From: Candidatus Pacearchaeota archaeon
GTDB taxonomy: Archaea > Nanobdellota > Nanobdellia > Pacearchaeales > GW2011-AR1
Assembly (NCBI GenBank): GCA_016866975.1
Contig: VGKP01000010.1
Location: forward strand, 1 to 32,346
Reading direction: 5' to 3'
DNA length: 32,346 nucleotides
In this document: positions 17,807-26,323 of the stretch, one piece after another
How the letters are laid out: each line of letters opens with the position of its first letter
Position numbering within the stretch: position 1 is the stretch's first letter
The notes under the pieces: generated by a model
Told to the model about the DNA's origin: nothing
The model's database searches: none
What the model saw: the letters and a program-made list of their open reading frames with translations, nothing else
Made by a program: the position numbers and the translations under genes

Positions 17807-18204
17807 AACCGATATCAGCACGCGTCACTAGAGGATTGAACATAGGAAGCAATGTGGTTGCAGCAGACAATAGCGGTGCGCGCATCGTCAGAATCACTGG
17901 AGTCAAGCATGGAAAATCAAAGAAAGGAAGGCAGCAATATGCCAAGGTCGGAGACTGGGTTAAGGTTTCAGTCCGCGCAGGAAAGCCTGAGCTAAAAGGG
18001 CAGGTCTTCGATGCAGTAGTGATCAGGCAGAAAAAATATTATAGAAGAATAACTGGGGAGAGGGTCTGTTTTGAAGACAATGCAGTTGCCATTCTCAAAG
18101 ACGAAAAAGGCAATCCAAAAGGAACATTTATCAAGGGCCCAGTAGCAAGGGAGATTCATGAGCGCTGGAAAGAGGTCGCGAAGATCGCGCAATACGTACT
18201 ATGA
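17803..18204 (+). CDS. rpl14: 50S ribosomal protein uL14
   Basis: ADNSGAR, VVIRQKK and FEDNAVAI...PKGT.IKGPVARE motifs. Confidence 0.98.
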   Translation: MKPISARVTRGLNIGSNVVAADNSGARIVRITGVKHGKSKKGRQQYAKVGDWVKVSVRAGKPELKGQVFDAVVIRQKKYYRRITGERVCFEDNAVAILKDEKGNPKGTFIKGPVAREIHERWKEVAKIAQYVL

Positions 18205-18560
18205 GCGCACGCGAATTTTCTCTAGAAGAACGGACAAGGAAAATTGAGGCAGCTGTTAATGCAGGATATATAAAACCTGAATTAGGGCAAGCATTAAGAG
18301 ACTCAAACCTCATACAATCTCAAATCCATAATGCGCGTCATAATGTTCAAGAAGGAAATATTCCCCAAGCAATCCAATTATATCGGGGAGCGGTAGATAG
18401 TCTTAAAAAATTTAATGAATATGTGGAAAAAGCAAATCTCACAACTGAACAGAGAGAAAGTTTGAGGCTGAGTCTTGCAGACCATTTTTCAACAGTTCAT
18501 TCATTGATATCTAATCATCCTTCTTATGGTGCTCTTGGAACTATGGGTGAATCCTCATGA
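18201..18560 (+). CDS. orphan alpha-helical protein inserted between uL14 and uL24
   Basis: 119-aa ORF with ATGA overlaps at both ends; helical MIT/TPR-like pattern. Confidence 0.78.
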   Translation: MSAREFSLEERTRKIEAAVNAGYIKPELGQALRDSNLIQSQIHNARHNVQEGNIPQAIQLYRGAVDSLKKFNEYVEKANLTTEQRESLRLSLADHFSTVHSLISNHPSYGALGTMGESS

Positions 18561-18985
18561 AATCAGAATTTTCTACGGCTTGGAAATCAAGTATACAACC
18601 AAGAAAGCAGCACAAATATAGGCATAACGCCCCATTACATATAAAGCATAGGTTTTTAAGTGCACATTTATCAAAGGATTTAAGGAAAAAGTATAGCAAG
18701 AGGAATCTTCCCCTTCGTAAAGGGGATGAGGTGCTTGTTATGCGAGGCGCCTTCAAGAAAAAAAAGGCCAAAGTAGCTTCTGTAGATCATGCCAGTGCAA
18801 AGGTCGCGCTTGAAGGGATACAAAGAACTAAAAGAGACGGAACTAAGGTCTCTGTTGTCTTTAATCCAAGAGCATTACAAATTATTTCACTTAATCTCGA
18901 TGATAAGAGAAGGATAAGCCAAGGCAAAGAGCAAATCAAGGAGCAGAAAGATAGCAAGCCAGGAGAGAAAAATGCATCTAACTAG
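18557..18985 (+). CDS. rpl24: 50S ribosomal protein uL24
   Basis: QPRKQHKY...SAHLSKDLR...RKGDEV.VMRG motifs. Confidence 0.97.
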   Translation: MKSEFSTAWKSSIQPRKQHKYRHNAPLHIKHRFLSAHLSKDLRKKYSKRNLPLRKGDEVLVMRGAFKKKKAKVASVDHASAKVALEGIQRTKRDGTKVSVVFNPRALQIISLNLDDKRRISQGKEQIKEQKDSKPGEKNASN

Positions 18986-19604
18986 ACAGAACGTAACGAC
19001 TAAATTACCGATACCAAGAAAAGGAACAAAATATATAGCTAGAGCTTCAAGCCATCTATCAGAATCAGTCAGTGTTCTTTTGGCAGTGAGAGACATGCTC
19101 AAGCTGGCTAGGACCGCTAAAGAAGTAAAGAAGATGGTCCAAGACAAGGCCCTCAAGGTAAATGGAAAGGCTGTGATGGATATACACGAGAGTATAAAAC
19201 TATTCAATTTTTTTGAGGCAGACAGGCTATACAAACTTTCTCTTCTTCCTACAAAAAAATTCACTTTGGAAGAGGTAAAGTCTAAGGATCTATCAAAAGA
19301 GCTTAGACTGGCTAAGGTTACTGACAAGAGGCTTGTGAAGAAGGGCAAGGTTCAACTCAATCTTCATGATGGATCAAACATCTTGACATCTGACAAGATA
19401 AATGTCAACGACTCCATTTATATAGACTTTGAAGGCAAGATAAAAAAGCATATCAAACTTGAGAAAGGAAAAGAAGCTTTGGTCATCTCAGGTAAGCACA
19501 CGGGGAAGACTGGCACAATAGAATCGATTGATGGGGTATCAAGTAAAATTAAATCTAATGGAGACAGCATAGTTGTCCAGCTCCAGCAAATCATAGCATT
19601 ATGA
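18972..19604 (+). CDS. rps4e: 30S ribosomal protein eS4
   Basis: VRDMLKLA, VNGK, QLNLHDG.N and ISGKHTG motifs. Confidence 0.96.
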   Translation: MHLTRQNVTTKLPIPRKGTKYIARASSHLSESVSVLLAVRDMLKLARTAKEVKKMVQDKALKVNGKAVMDIHESIKLFNFFEADRLYKLSLLPTKKFTLEEVKSKDLSKELRLAKVTDKRLVKKGKVQLNLHDGSNILTSDKINVNDSIYIDFEGKIKKHIKLEKGKEALVISGKHTGKTGTIESIDGVSSKIKSNGDSIVVQLQQIIAL

Positions 19605-20146
19605 GTCGACAATTGAAACAACAGGAAAAATCTCCAAGAGCAGATTCAGAAAATATTATGAGACAAGTGAGGGTAGAGAAGGTTCTTTTAAGTTGCGGAG
19701 CTACCGGAGATAATCTTACTAAAGCCAAGAAACTCCTCGATTTAATATCTCAAAGAAATGCTCAGATTATTGCATCTAACAAAAGAATTCCAGACTTTGG
19801 TGTCAGGCCAGGTCTAGAAGTAGGTACGAGGGTAACTCTTAGAGGCGAGGAGGCAATCTCTCTCTTAAGAAGGCTTCTTGGCGCCATAGATAATGTACTC
19901 AAGAAAAAGCAGATTTCTCCAAATCATTTCTCATTTGGGATACATGAATATATAGAGATTCCAGGCATAGAGTATCAAAGAGATATAGGTATTAGGGGAC
20001 TAAATGTTACAATAGTGTTCTCAAGGCCTGGAGTGAGGATTGCCAACAAGAAAAGGAAGTCTGGGAATTTACCAAGGAGACAGAATGTAACACCGCAAGA
20101 GATAATCAAGTTCATGGAGGATAACTTTAAGACAAAGTTCAAGTAA
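19601..20146 (+). CDS. rpl5: 50S ribosomal protein uL5
   Basis: [26 protein letters not shown] and GIRGLNV motifs. Confidence 0.98.
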   Translation: MSRQLKQQEKSPRADSENIMRQVRVEKVLLSCGATGDNLTKAKKLLDLISQRNAQIIASNKRIPDFGVRPGLEVGTRVTLRGEEAISLLRRLLGAIDNVLKKKQISPNHFSFGIHEYIEIPGIEYQRDIGIRGLNVTIVFSRPGVRIANKKRKSGNLPRRQNVTPQEIIKFMEDNFKTKFK

Positions 20147-20147
20147 A

Positions 20148-20381
20148 ATGACTGCAAGTGATTGGAATAAGATAGCAAGCAAGCAATTGAAGAATAAACC
20201 TGTTATTATGCAGAAGTTCCTAAAGTTTAATAAACCAAAAGCTAGAAAAATGGGTATCGCTGCAAAGAAATGTGAAAGATGCGGCAGGTTCGGAGCCCAT
20301 ATTGGTCAGTACAATCTCAATCTTTGCAGGCAATGCTTCAGAGAAATTGCAACAAAGATAGGATTCAAGAAATATAGTTAA
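20148..20381 (+). CDS. rps14: 30S ribosomal protein uS14 (Zn-ribbon type)
   Basis: CERCG...[12 protein letters not shown] motif. Confidence 0.97.
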   Translation: MTASDWNKIASKQLKNKPVIMQKFLKFNKPKARKMGIAAKKCERCGRFGAHIGQYNLNLCRQCFREIATKIGFKKYS

Positions 20382-20382
20382 C

Positions 20383-20757
20383 ATGAGTCAAGATAAAGTG
20401 GCCGATGGCCTTAACCAGATAATGAACGCCAAAAAGGCGGGGAAAGCAGCAATAACGCTGAAAGCGCATTCAAAGCTATTGCTTTCAATTTTAGCAATAG
20501 CTAAGTTGAAGGGATATATTAAGAACTACAAGCTTGATGGAAATAATTTGTTGGTGGAAATAGGGAGATTGAATGGTTGTAATGCGATTAAACCAAGGTA
20601 TTTTGTCACAGTAGAAGATATAGAAAAATATACGAAGAGATATCTTCCAGCAAAAGATATTGGAATACTTATAATCACAACAAACCAGGGATTGATGACT
20701 CATCAGACGGCACTTGAGAAGAACATTGGAGGGGGCTTGCTTGCCTATATTTATTAA
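20383..20757 (+). CDS. rps8: 30S ribosomal protein uS8
   Basis: GRLNGCNAIKPR, YLPA, TTNQG.MTH and GGGLLAYIY motifs. Confidence 0.97.
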   Translation: MSQDKVADGLNQIMNAKKAGKAAITLKAHSKLLLSILAIAKLKGYIKNYKLDGNNLLVEIGRLNGCNAIKPRYFVTVEDIEKYTKRYLPAKDIGILIITTNQGLMTHQTALEKNIGGGLLAYIY

Positions 20758-20758
20758 C

Positions 20759-21301
20759 ATGAGAAAAGAAATGTTGGAAACCGTAAATATTCCTGAAGGA
20801 GTGAATGTTGAAATCAAAGGTACCACTGTGATTTGTAAAAAATCAGGAATAGAACATTCAAAAGAGTTTGTTATTCCAGGAATAACTATCTTAGCTAATG
20901 GAAATAACATTATTATAAGAGCAGAAAAAGGAAATAAAAATGATTGGAAAAAGATAAAATCTACAGTAGCCCACATCAATAACCTATTGGCCGGTATCGA
21001 CAAGAAATTTACATACACTTTAGAGGCTTGCAATGTGCATTTTCCTATGACGTTGAAGCTTGATAAGGGGAACTTGATAATCAACAATTTCTTGGGTGAA
21101 AAAGTCCCAAGAAGTGCAAAAATATTGTCAAATGTAGACATAGATATAAAGGGTACCAAAATAACATTGAGTTCTCACGATAGGGATTCAGCCGGCCAGA
21201 CTGCAGCAAATATAGAGAAAGCGACGAAGATCAGGTATAGGGACAGAAGAATATTCCAAGATGGCATATTTATAACATCCAAACCGGAGGCAGCACAATG
21301 A
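20759..21301 (+). CDS. rpl6: 50S ribosomal protein uL6
   Basis: HFPMT, NFLGEK.PR, GQTAANIE and DRRIFQDGIFI motifs; start ATG 20759. Confidence 0.97.
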   Translation: MRKEMLETVNIPEGVNVEIKGTTVICKKSGIEHSKEFVIPGITILANGNNIIIRAEKGNKNDWKKIKSTVAHINNLLAGIDKKFTYTLEACNVHFPMTLKLDKGNLIINNFLGEKVPRSAKILSNVDIDIKGTKITLSSHDRDSAGQTAANIEKATKIRYRDRRIFQDGIFITSKPEAAQ

Positions 21302-21663
21302 GTAATAAGAGGCCAAAGTTTTTGAGAGCAGACACAGTTAGATTATTGAGGCTAGGAAAGAATAGGAGAAAGATACAGAAGTGGAGAAGACCTCGTGGCC
21401 ACCATAACAAGCTGAGATTGAAGAGATTCAGTTATCCTGTCCAGCCAGGGATAGGGTACGGTTCATTGAGAAAGGATGAAAGCAAGATAGATGGTCTCTA
21501 TCCTGTACTGGTGCACAATGCTGCCGAAATACAGAAATTGAACTCAAAGACACAATGCATTATATTGGCAAGGATTGGTGCCAAGAAGAAAATTGATTTG
21601 TTGAAAAAGGCACAAGAGTCTGGTCTTAAGGTCATAAATGCAAGTGGAGGAAATATAAGATGA
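21298..21663 (+). CDS. rpl32e: 50S ribosomal protein eL32
   Basis: F.RAD...WRRPRG.HNK.R...IGYGS motifs. Confidence 0.96.
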   Translation: MSNKRPKFLRADTVRLLRLGKNRRKIQKWRRPRGHHNKLRLKRFSYPVQPGIGYGSLRKDESKIDGLYPVLVHNAAEIQKLNSKTQCIILARIGAKKKIDLLKKAQESGLKVINASGGNIR

Positions 21664-22064
21664 ACCTAGAAAAGAAGAAAATTCTTGCAGCCAAGACTTT
21701 TGGAGTAGGCATGGGCAGGATAGTCTTGAATCAAGCCAGGCTTGCAGACATAAAAGAAGCTATAACGAAGCAAGACATTAGAGATCTATTTGTTGATAAG
21801 GCAATATTGATAAAGCCGATAAAAGGGAGAAAGACGAAGATAAAAAGAAATACAAGAAGAAGGGCAGGTAGCATAAAAAAGAGGATTAACAAAGGTAAAC
21901 TAGAATATATGAGAATGGCAAGAAAACTAAGGAAGAATCTGGCTACATTGAAAAGAAAAGGATCTATCAAAAATGAACACTATTGGAAACTGAGGAAAGA
22001 GATTAAGGCAAGGGCATTCAAGGACAAGCATCATTTCAAGGAGAGGCTAACGCAATTACAATGA
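21660..22064 (+). CDS. rpl19e: 50S ribosomal protein eL19
   Basis: LAAKTFGVG.GR, AITKQDIR, MARKLRK.L and F.DKHH motifs. Confidence 0.96.
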   Translation: MNLEKKKILAAKTFGVGMGRIVLNQARLADIKEAITKQDIRDLFVDKAILIKPIKGRKTKIKRNTRRRAGSIKKRINKGKLEYMRMARKLRKNLATLKRKGSIKNEHYWKLRKEIKARAFKDKHHFKERLTQLQ

Positions 22065-22534
22065 GAAGGACATTCAGAAGACGTAGAAAAGAACAGAAGA
22101 CCGATTATCGGGCAAGGCTAGCTTTGCTTAAGTCAAGAAAGCCCAGACTAGTTATAAGAAAGACAAACCGTGGAATAATAGTGCAGATTGCAGAATCTGA
22201 AGGTGCCCAAGATAAGGTGGTATTCCACATAACCTCTAAGGACCTTATTGCTCGCGGCTGGCCAAAAGAATCCGAAGGAAGTCTAAAAAGTCTTCCTGCC
22301 GCTTATCTCACCGGTTTTCTAGCTGCCAAAAAGGCAAAGGAAAAGATAAAAGAGGCAATATTAGATATCGGGCTTCAAAGAAATATTCCTAAGTCCAGAA
22401 TATATGCAGTTTTGAAAGGTGCGGTGGATGCAGGCCTGAAAGTACCCCACAACCCTGATGTTTTTCCAACAGAAGAGATGTTTAAGAAACATAAACTTAA
22501 TAAATTGATGGAGGGCATAAAGCATAAACTATAA
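22061..22534 (+). CDS. rpl18: 50S ribosomal protein uL18
   Basis: KTDYRAR..LL, RLVIRKTN, AAYLTG and KGAVDAGL motifs. Confidence 0.97.
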   Translation: MRRTFRRRRKEQKTDYRARLALLKSRKPRLVIRKTNRGIIVQIAESEGAQDKVVFHITSKDLIARGWPKESEGSLKSLPAAYLTGFLAAKKAKEKIKEAILDIGLQRNIPKSRIYAVLKGAVDAGLKVPHNPDVFPTEEMFKKHKLNKLMEGIKHKL

Positions 22535-23325
22535 TGGCGGAAAAAGATAATATGAAGGAATTAATTGAAGCAACACCGGAAGAAGTAGCTAAGCTGGAAG
22601 AGAAGGTAGAGAAACTGGAGGCGGTCCAATTGACTAGGGCCCAAAAGAAAGCTCAGAGAGATGAGGAAAATGAGAAAAGGACTCTTGCTGCATGGGTGCC
22701 CAAAACTGCACTGGGGAAAGCAGTAAAGACAGGCAAGGAAAAGAACTTCGATTCTATACTCCAGTCACATAAAAAGATACTTGAGTCTGAGATTGCAGAC
22801 ACTCTTCTAAGGCTTGAGAATGATCTTCTTCTGATAGGTCAAGCAAAAGGCAAATTTGGGGGCGGTAAGAGAAGAGCCTGGAGACAGACACAAAAGAAAA
22901 CAATGGAAGGCAATGTAGTCACATTCTCTTCTCTTGCAGTTGTAGGAGATAGAAGAGGCCATGTAGGCATAGGTATGGGAAGAGCAAAGGAGACGTTACC
23001 TTCAAGATCTAAGGCACTTAGACAGGCAAAGCTCAATATAATAAAGGTCCGAAGAGGTTTTGAGTCTCCAGATGAGAAAGCATTAGGAGTAGACCCTCAT
23101 ACAGTGCCTTTCATTGTTGAAGGAAAATGCGGTTCAGTCAGGATCAAGCTTATTCCAGCACCAAGAGGGACAGGCCTGGTAGTTGGAGATGAATGTAAGA
23201 AGATACTTAGGCTTGCAGGGATAGAAGACATCTATGCAGTCACTAGAGGACAGACTAGGACAACTTTCAATGTCGCTAAGGCTTGCGTAGAAGCTCTCAA
23301 AAAAACCACGGAGATGTTATCATGA
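22534..23325 (+). CDS. rps5: 30S ribosomal protein uS5
   Basis: VVGDRRGHVG.G, PHTVPF.VEGKCGSV, PAPRGTGLV and GQTRTT.N motifs. Confidence 0.98.
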   Translation: MAEKDNMKELIEATPEEVAKLEEKVEKLEAVQLTRAQKKAQRDEENEKRTLAAWVPKTALGKAVKTGKEKNFDSILQSHKKILESEIADTLLRLENDLLLIGQAKGKFGGGKRRAWRQTQKKTMEGNVVTFSSLAVVGDRRGHVGIGMGRAKETLPSRSKALRQAKLNIIKVRRGFESPDEKALGVDPHTVPFIVEGKCGSVRIKLIPAPRGTGLVVGDECKKILRLAGIEDIYAVTRGQTRTTFNVAKACVEALKKTTEMLS

Positions 23326-23538
23326 ACTCAAATAATAAGGGAAGGTTGACCCACAAGGAGACCGTAGGTTTCCTTAGGAAGGAGATGTTATCATGAACTC
23401 AAATAATAAGGGAAGGTTGACCCACAAGGAAACCGTAGGTTTCCTTAGGAAGGAGATGTTATCATGAACTCAAATAATAAGGGAAGGTTGACCCACAAGG
23501 AGACCGTAGGTTTCCTTAGGAAGGAGATGTTATCATGA
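23310..23538 (+). repeat. tandem array of three 71-bp palindromic units plus a terminal 16-bp repeat (GGAGATGTTATCATGA) between uS5 and uL30
   Basis: The 16-mer recurs at 23310, 23381, 23452 and 23523 (period 71). Each unit has the hairpin AAGGA(G/A)ACC-GTA-GGTTTCCTT. Unit 2 differs by one base. Confidence 0.95.
23322..23538 (+). CDS. three chained 24-aa mini-ORFs MNSNNKGRLTHKETVGFLRKEMLS (23322-23396, 23393-23467, 23464-23538)
   Basis: Each starts on the ATG overlapping the previous TGA and is preceded by GGAG. Expression is unproven. Confidence 0.4.
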
Positions 23539-23951
23539 TAGTTGCAATTAGAATATCTGGGCTAGTTGAGATGCCAAGAGAGGCTCAAATAACTCTTGAC
23601 AGGATGAGATTGAGAAGAAAATATTCTGCAATCCTTCTGCAACCAACTCCAGAAAATACTAAGCTTCTCCAACATGTAAGAAATTTCATAGCTTATGGAG
23701 ATATAGACAAAGAGACACTATCTCTATTGATCGAGAAGAGAGGCGTATCTATCGATAAAAAGAAGATAGATTCAAAAAAGATCCTTGAACTGCTAGATAA
23801 AAAAGGATTAGAAGGAGCAGGATTGAAACCATTCTTCAGACTTCATCCACCACGTGGAGGCATCGACAGCAAGATTCACTATCCTATAAAGGGCGGAGTT
23901 CTAGGCGACAATAAGAAAGATATTAACGATCTCATCAGGAGGATGTTATGA
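23535..23951 (+). CDS. rpl30: 50S ribosomal protein uL30
   Basis: AIRISG, LDRMRLRRK, AYGDI, FRLHPPRGG and INDLIRRML motifs. Confidence 0.97.
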   Translation: MIVAIRISGLVEMPREAQITLDRMRLRRKYSAILLQPTPENTKLLQHVRNFIAYGDIDKETLSLLIEKRGVSIDKKKIDSKKILELLDKKGLEGAGLKPFFRLHPPRGGIDSKIHYPIKGGVLGDNKKDINDLIRRML

Positions 23952-24019
23952 GCAGCCTCGTATTTATGAGGGAGTTGACCCACAAGAACCGTAGGTTCTT
24001 AGGCAGGAGGATGTTATAA
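23936..24019 (+). mobile_element. 68-bp palindromic insert at the uL30/uL15 junction flanked by the 14-bp direct repeat CAGGAGGATGTTAT; carries a 23-aa coupled mini-ORF (23948-24019)
   Basis: Direct repeats at 23936-23949 and 24004-24017. Core GTTGACCCACAAG-AACC-GTA-GGTT-CTTAGG is shared with the 71-bp units. Confidence 0.8.
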
Positions 24020-24489
24020 TGATGGGGACAAAGAAAAGGCGCAAGTCATCAAGGTATCGAGGAAGTCAGACTGCCAGAAGAGGAGCAAAAGAAAGGACAA
24101 GAGGATCAGGTAATCAAGGAGGAAAAGGATGGGCTGGCACTGGTAAGAGAGGAGATCAGAAAAATTCATTGGTTATCAAGATTACTGGAGGAAACAATTA
24201 TTTTGGTAAAGATCGCACATTAAGGAGAGGCACTGTCCCAAAAAAATTGAAAGTAATAAATCTCTCAGACCTGTCTTCTAAAGTTCCAGGCAAAGATGGA
24301 TTTATCGATCTCGAAGGCTACAAGATTCTCGGTGAAGGAAAAATTACAGAGGCTCTCAAGGTCAAGGCAAGTGCAGCATCACAGTCTGCACAGGAAAAAA
24401 TCGAGGCTGCCAAAGGAACGCTCTCACTCTCAGAATCTGGAGAAAAGAAAGAAGAAGTCAAAGAAGAGAAAAAGGCTGAGAAGAGATAA
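24019..24489 (+). CDS. rpl15: 50S ribosomal protein uL15
   Basis: RGSQT..RG, GSGNQGGKGWAG, FGK, INL, KILGEG and ASQSA.EKIE motifs. Confidence 0.96.
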   Translation: MMGTKKRRKSSRYRGSQTARRGAKERTRGSGNQGGKGWAGTGKRGDQKNSLVIKITGGNNYFGKDRTLRRGTVPKKLKVINLSDLSSKVPGKDGFIDLEGYKILGEGKITEALKVKASAASQSAQEKIEAAKGTLSLSESGEKKEEVKEEKKAEKR

Positions 24490-24491
24490 TA

Positions 24492-26291
24492 TTAAAGTTT
24501 CTCTTCCTGCTGCTTCTCAAGCTTTTTGTCCAGCATTTTTTCTCGGGTGTAACGTGTCCACATCGTATGGAAGTGAGGATTTTTCTTGATTTCTTCAAAC
24601 GTTCCTTGTCCAACAATTTTCCCTTTAGAGAAGAGGTAGATTATATCAAATTTATCGAGGAGATGCAGACGATGAATGGAAGAAATAATGGTTTTGTGCT
24701 TGAATTGTTCAAAGATATGTTCATGGATCTTAAGCTCATTAAGACTATCCACGCTGCTTGTTGGCTCGTCTAAAAGGACAATATCACTCTTCCAAGCGGC
24801 AAGCAGTCCTCGCGCCAGCGCAAGCCTCTGCTTCTCTCCTCCACTTAAAGAGACTCCTTTCTCCATGACTTGCGTGTCAAGTCCTTGGGGAAGTTTTTCA
24901 ATCACAGGATTCAATTGAGACATTGCAATCACGCTTTGAATGACCTCTTCTTGTGCGGGGAGGTTCATGGTAATGTTATATCGGAACGTATTATTAAATA
25001 TCTCTGGCTCTTGGGGAATCAGAGTAACTTGATCTTTAACGCTATGCACTCCTCCACGAAGTAGCGCGCCATCGCAAAGAACGCTTCCGCGTTCGATGTC
25101 ATACAATCCTCTGATAAGGGAGAGAATGGTGCTTTTTCCAGAGCCACTTTCTCCCACGAGTGCAATTTTCTGCTTTCTCTTCAAGGTGAATGTGATGCCA
25201 TCGATATGTCGTTGCTTCCCTTCTTTATCATATGTGAACGAGGCATTTTTAAACGTGATCTCTTTCCATCCTTTAGGCAGTGCGCCGACGTCTGTGAAAG
25301 CTATCTTGCGATAGGCTTCATCCAAGGGATATGCTCCTTCGATACGCGCATTCATGCGGATGATGTTGCCATACAAGTCAGCAAATTTATAGAAAGTATT
25401 GCCTACATTGTCAAGATATCCGTAAAGCATATATAGGGTTCCGATTAAAATCGTGCCTGTTGAAGAATACTCTGTAAATGCGCGGTACATGAGCGCAGCC
25501 ACAATGATAACTTTTAGGGCGATACTTGCAAAGCCCCACTTAAGTTCGTTAACAATGTTGCTGCTTTTGAACGTGGGGTAGCTTGCAATTTGCTTGGCAT
25601 CCACTTCTTCAGCAACAGTTTTTTTTAGCCGCAGAGTGATAACCGTGATAATATTGCTGATATAGTCAAAGAGAGTCGCAGAATATTTGTTGTTATAGGT
25701 ATTGATCTCCTTGTATTTCTTATTAAGGTTCTTGTCGACACGTGAGATAATAAAGAGAGTGAGCGTTGAAAAAATAAATGTGAAAATTGCTATTTTCCAA
25801 TCGATAAAAAACAAGACGAGCAGGGACCCAAAAAATCCAGTAATTCCATAGATGATTTGGAAAGTCATTTGCCCTGAAAAATCTTCCAGTGCATTCGAAG
25901 CGCGGTTAATTTTGTCAATCGTGTCGCCAGAATGGTTATCCTTATGCCATTGAACGGGCAGCTTAAGGATCATTCTTAATTTATCATTGACATAGTTTTT
26001 TCTGACAAAAAAACTTGTTGTTGTTTCAAGCACGCGCGCCGTGCCATGAAATATCCAGAAGACAATGGTGAGGATCAAGAGGAGAGATATCTTAAAAAGA
26101 AGGCTCGTAAGTTCTTCTTGACTTGAAATAGTTTTCTGAATAGAATTAAAGATCATTCCGATAACATAGGGGGTGGCAAGATCAATGATGCCAGCAATCA
26201 AGAAAAGGAGAAGATATCCTATGAAGACAGTTCTTCGCTTTCCCAGATAGCCCCATTCAGTCTTAACAATGTTAATAATTGGATGCGTCAT
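24492..26291 (-). CDS. ABC exporter, fused TMD-NBD (ABCB/MdlB-like), antisense within the spc cluster
   Basis: N-terminal TM helices; Walker A GESGSGKS, Q-loop IPQEP, signature LSGGEKQR, Walker B LLDEPTS, H-loop IHRL. ATG 26291 preceded by GAGGTG. Confidence 0.93.
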   Translation of the reverse strand: MTHPIINIVKTEWGYLGKRRTVFIGYLLLFLIAGIIDLATPYVIGMIFNSIQKTISSQEELTSLLFKISLLLILTIVFWIFHGTARVLETTTSFFVRKNYVNDKLRMILKLPVQWHKDNHSGDTIDKINRASNALEDFSGQMTFQIIYGITGFFGSLLVLFFIDWKIAIFTFIFSTLTLFIISRVDKNLNKKYKEINTYNNKYSATLFDYISNIITVITLRLKKTVAEEVDAKQIASYPTFKSSNIVNELKWGFASIALKVIIVAALMYRAFTEYSSTGTILIGTLYMLYGYLDNVGNTFYKFADLYGNIIRMNARIEGAYPLDEAYRKIAFTDVGALPKGWKEITFKNASFTYDKEGKQRHIDGITFTLKRKQKIALVGESGSGKSTILSLIRGLYDIERGSVLCDGALLRGGVHSVKDQVTLIPQEPEIFNNTFRYNITMNLPAQEEVIQSVIAMSQLNPVIEKLPQGLDTQVMEKGVSLSGGEKQRLALARGLLAAWKSDIVLLDEPTSSVDSLNELKIHEHIFEQFKHKTIISSIHRLHLLDKFDIIYLFSKGKIVGQGTFEEIKKNPHFHTMWTRYTREKMLDKKLEKQQEEKL

Positions 26292-26323
26292 AGACACCTC
26301 TCAAATCGTCAATTCACGGTCTC

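Noticed and set aside
13063-23036. Numerous minus-strand ORFs antisense to ribosomal genes (e.g. 13112-13552, 18887-19348, 20491-21159, 21731-21970)
   Set aside because: Shadow ORFs of Lys/Glu-rich purine-biased genes, giving Phe/Leu/Ser-rich products with no motifs.
23310-23538. CRISPR array
   Set aside because: Whole units are identical, with no unique spacers and no cas genes; it is a tandem amplification.
24296-25436. Plus-strand ORFs across the uL15 end and the ABC gene
   Set aside because: Antisense shadows of a clearly intact ABC exporter.
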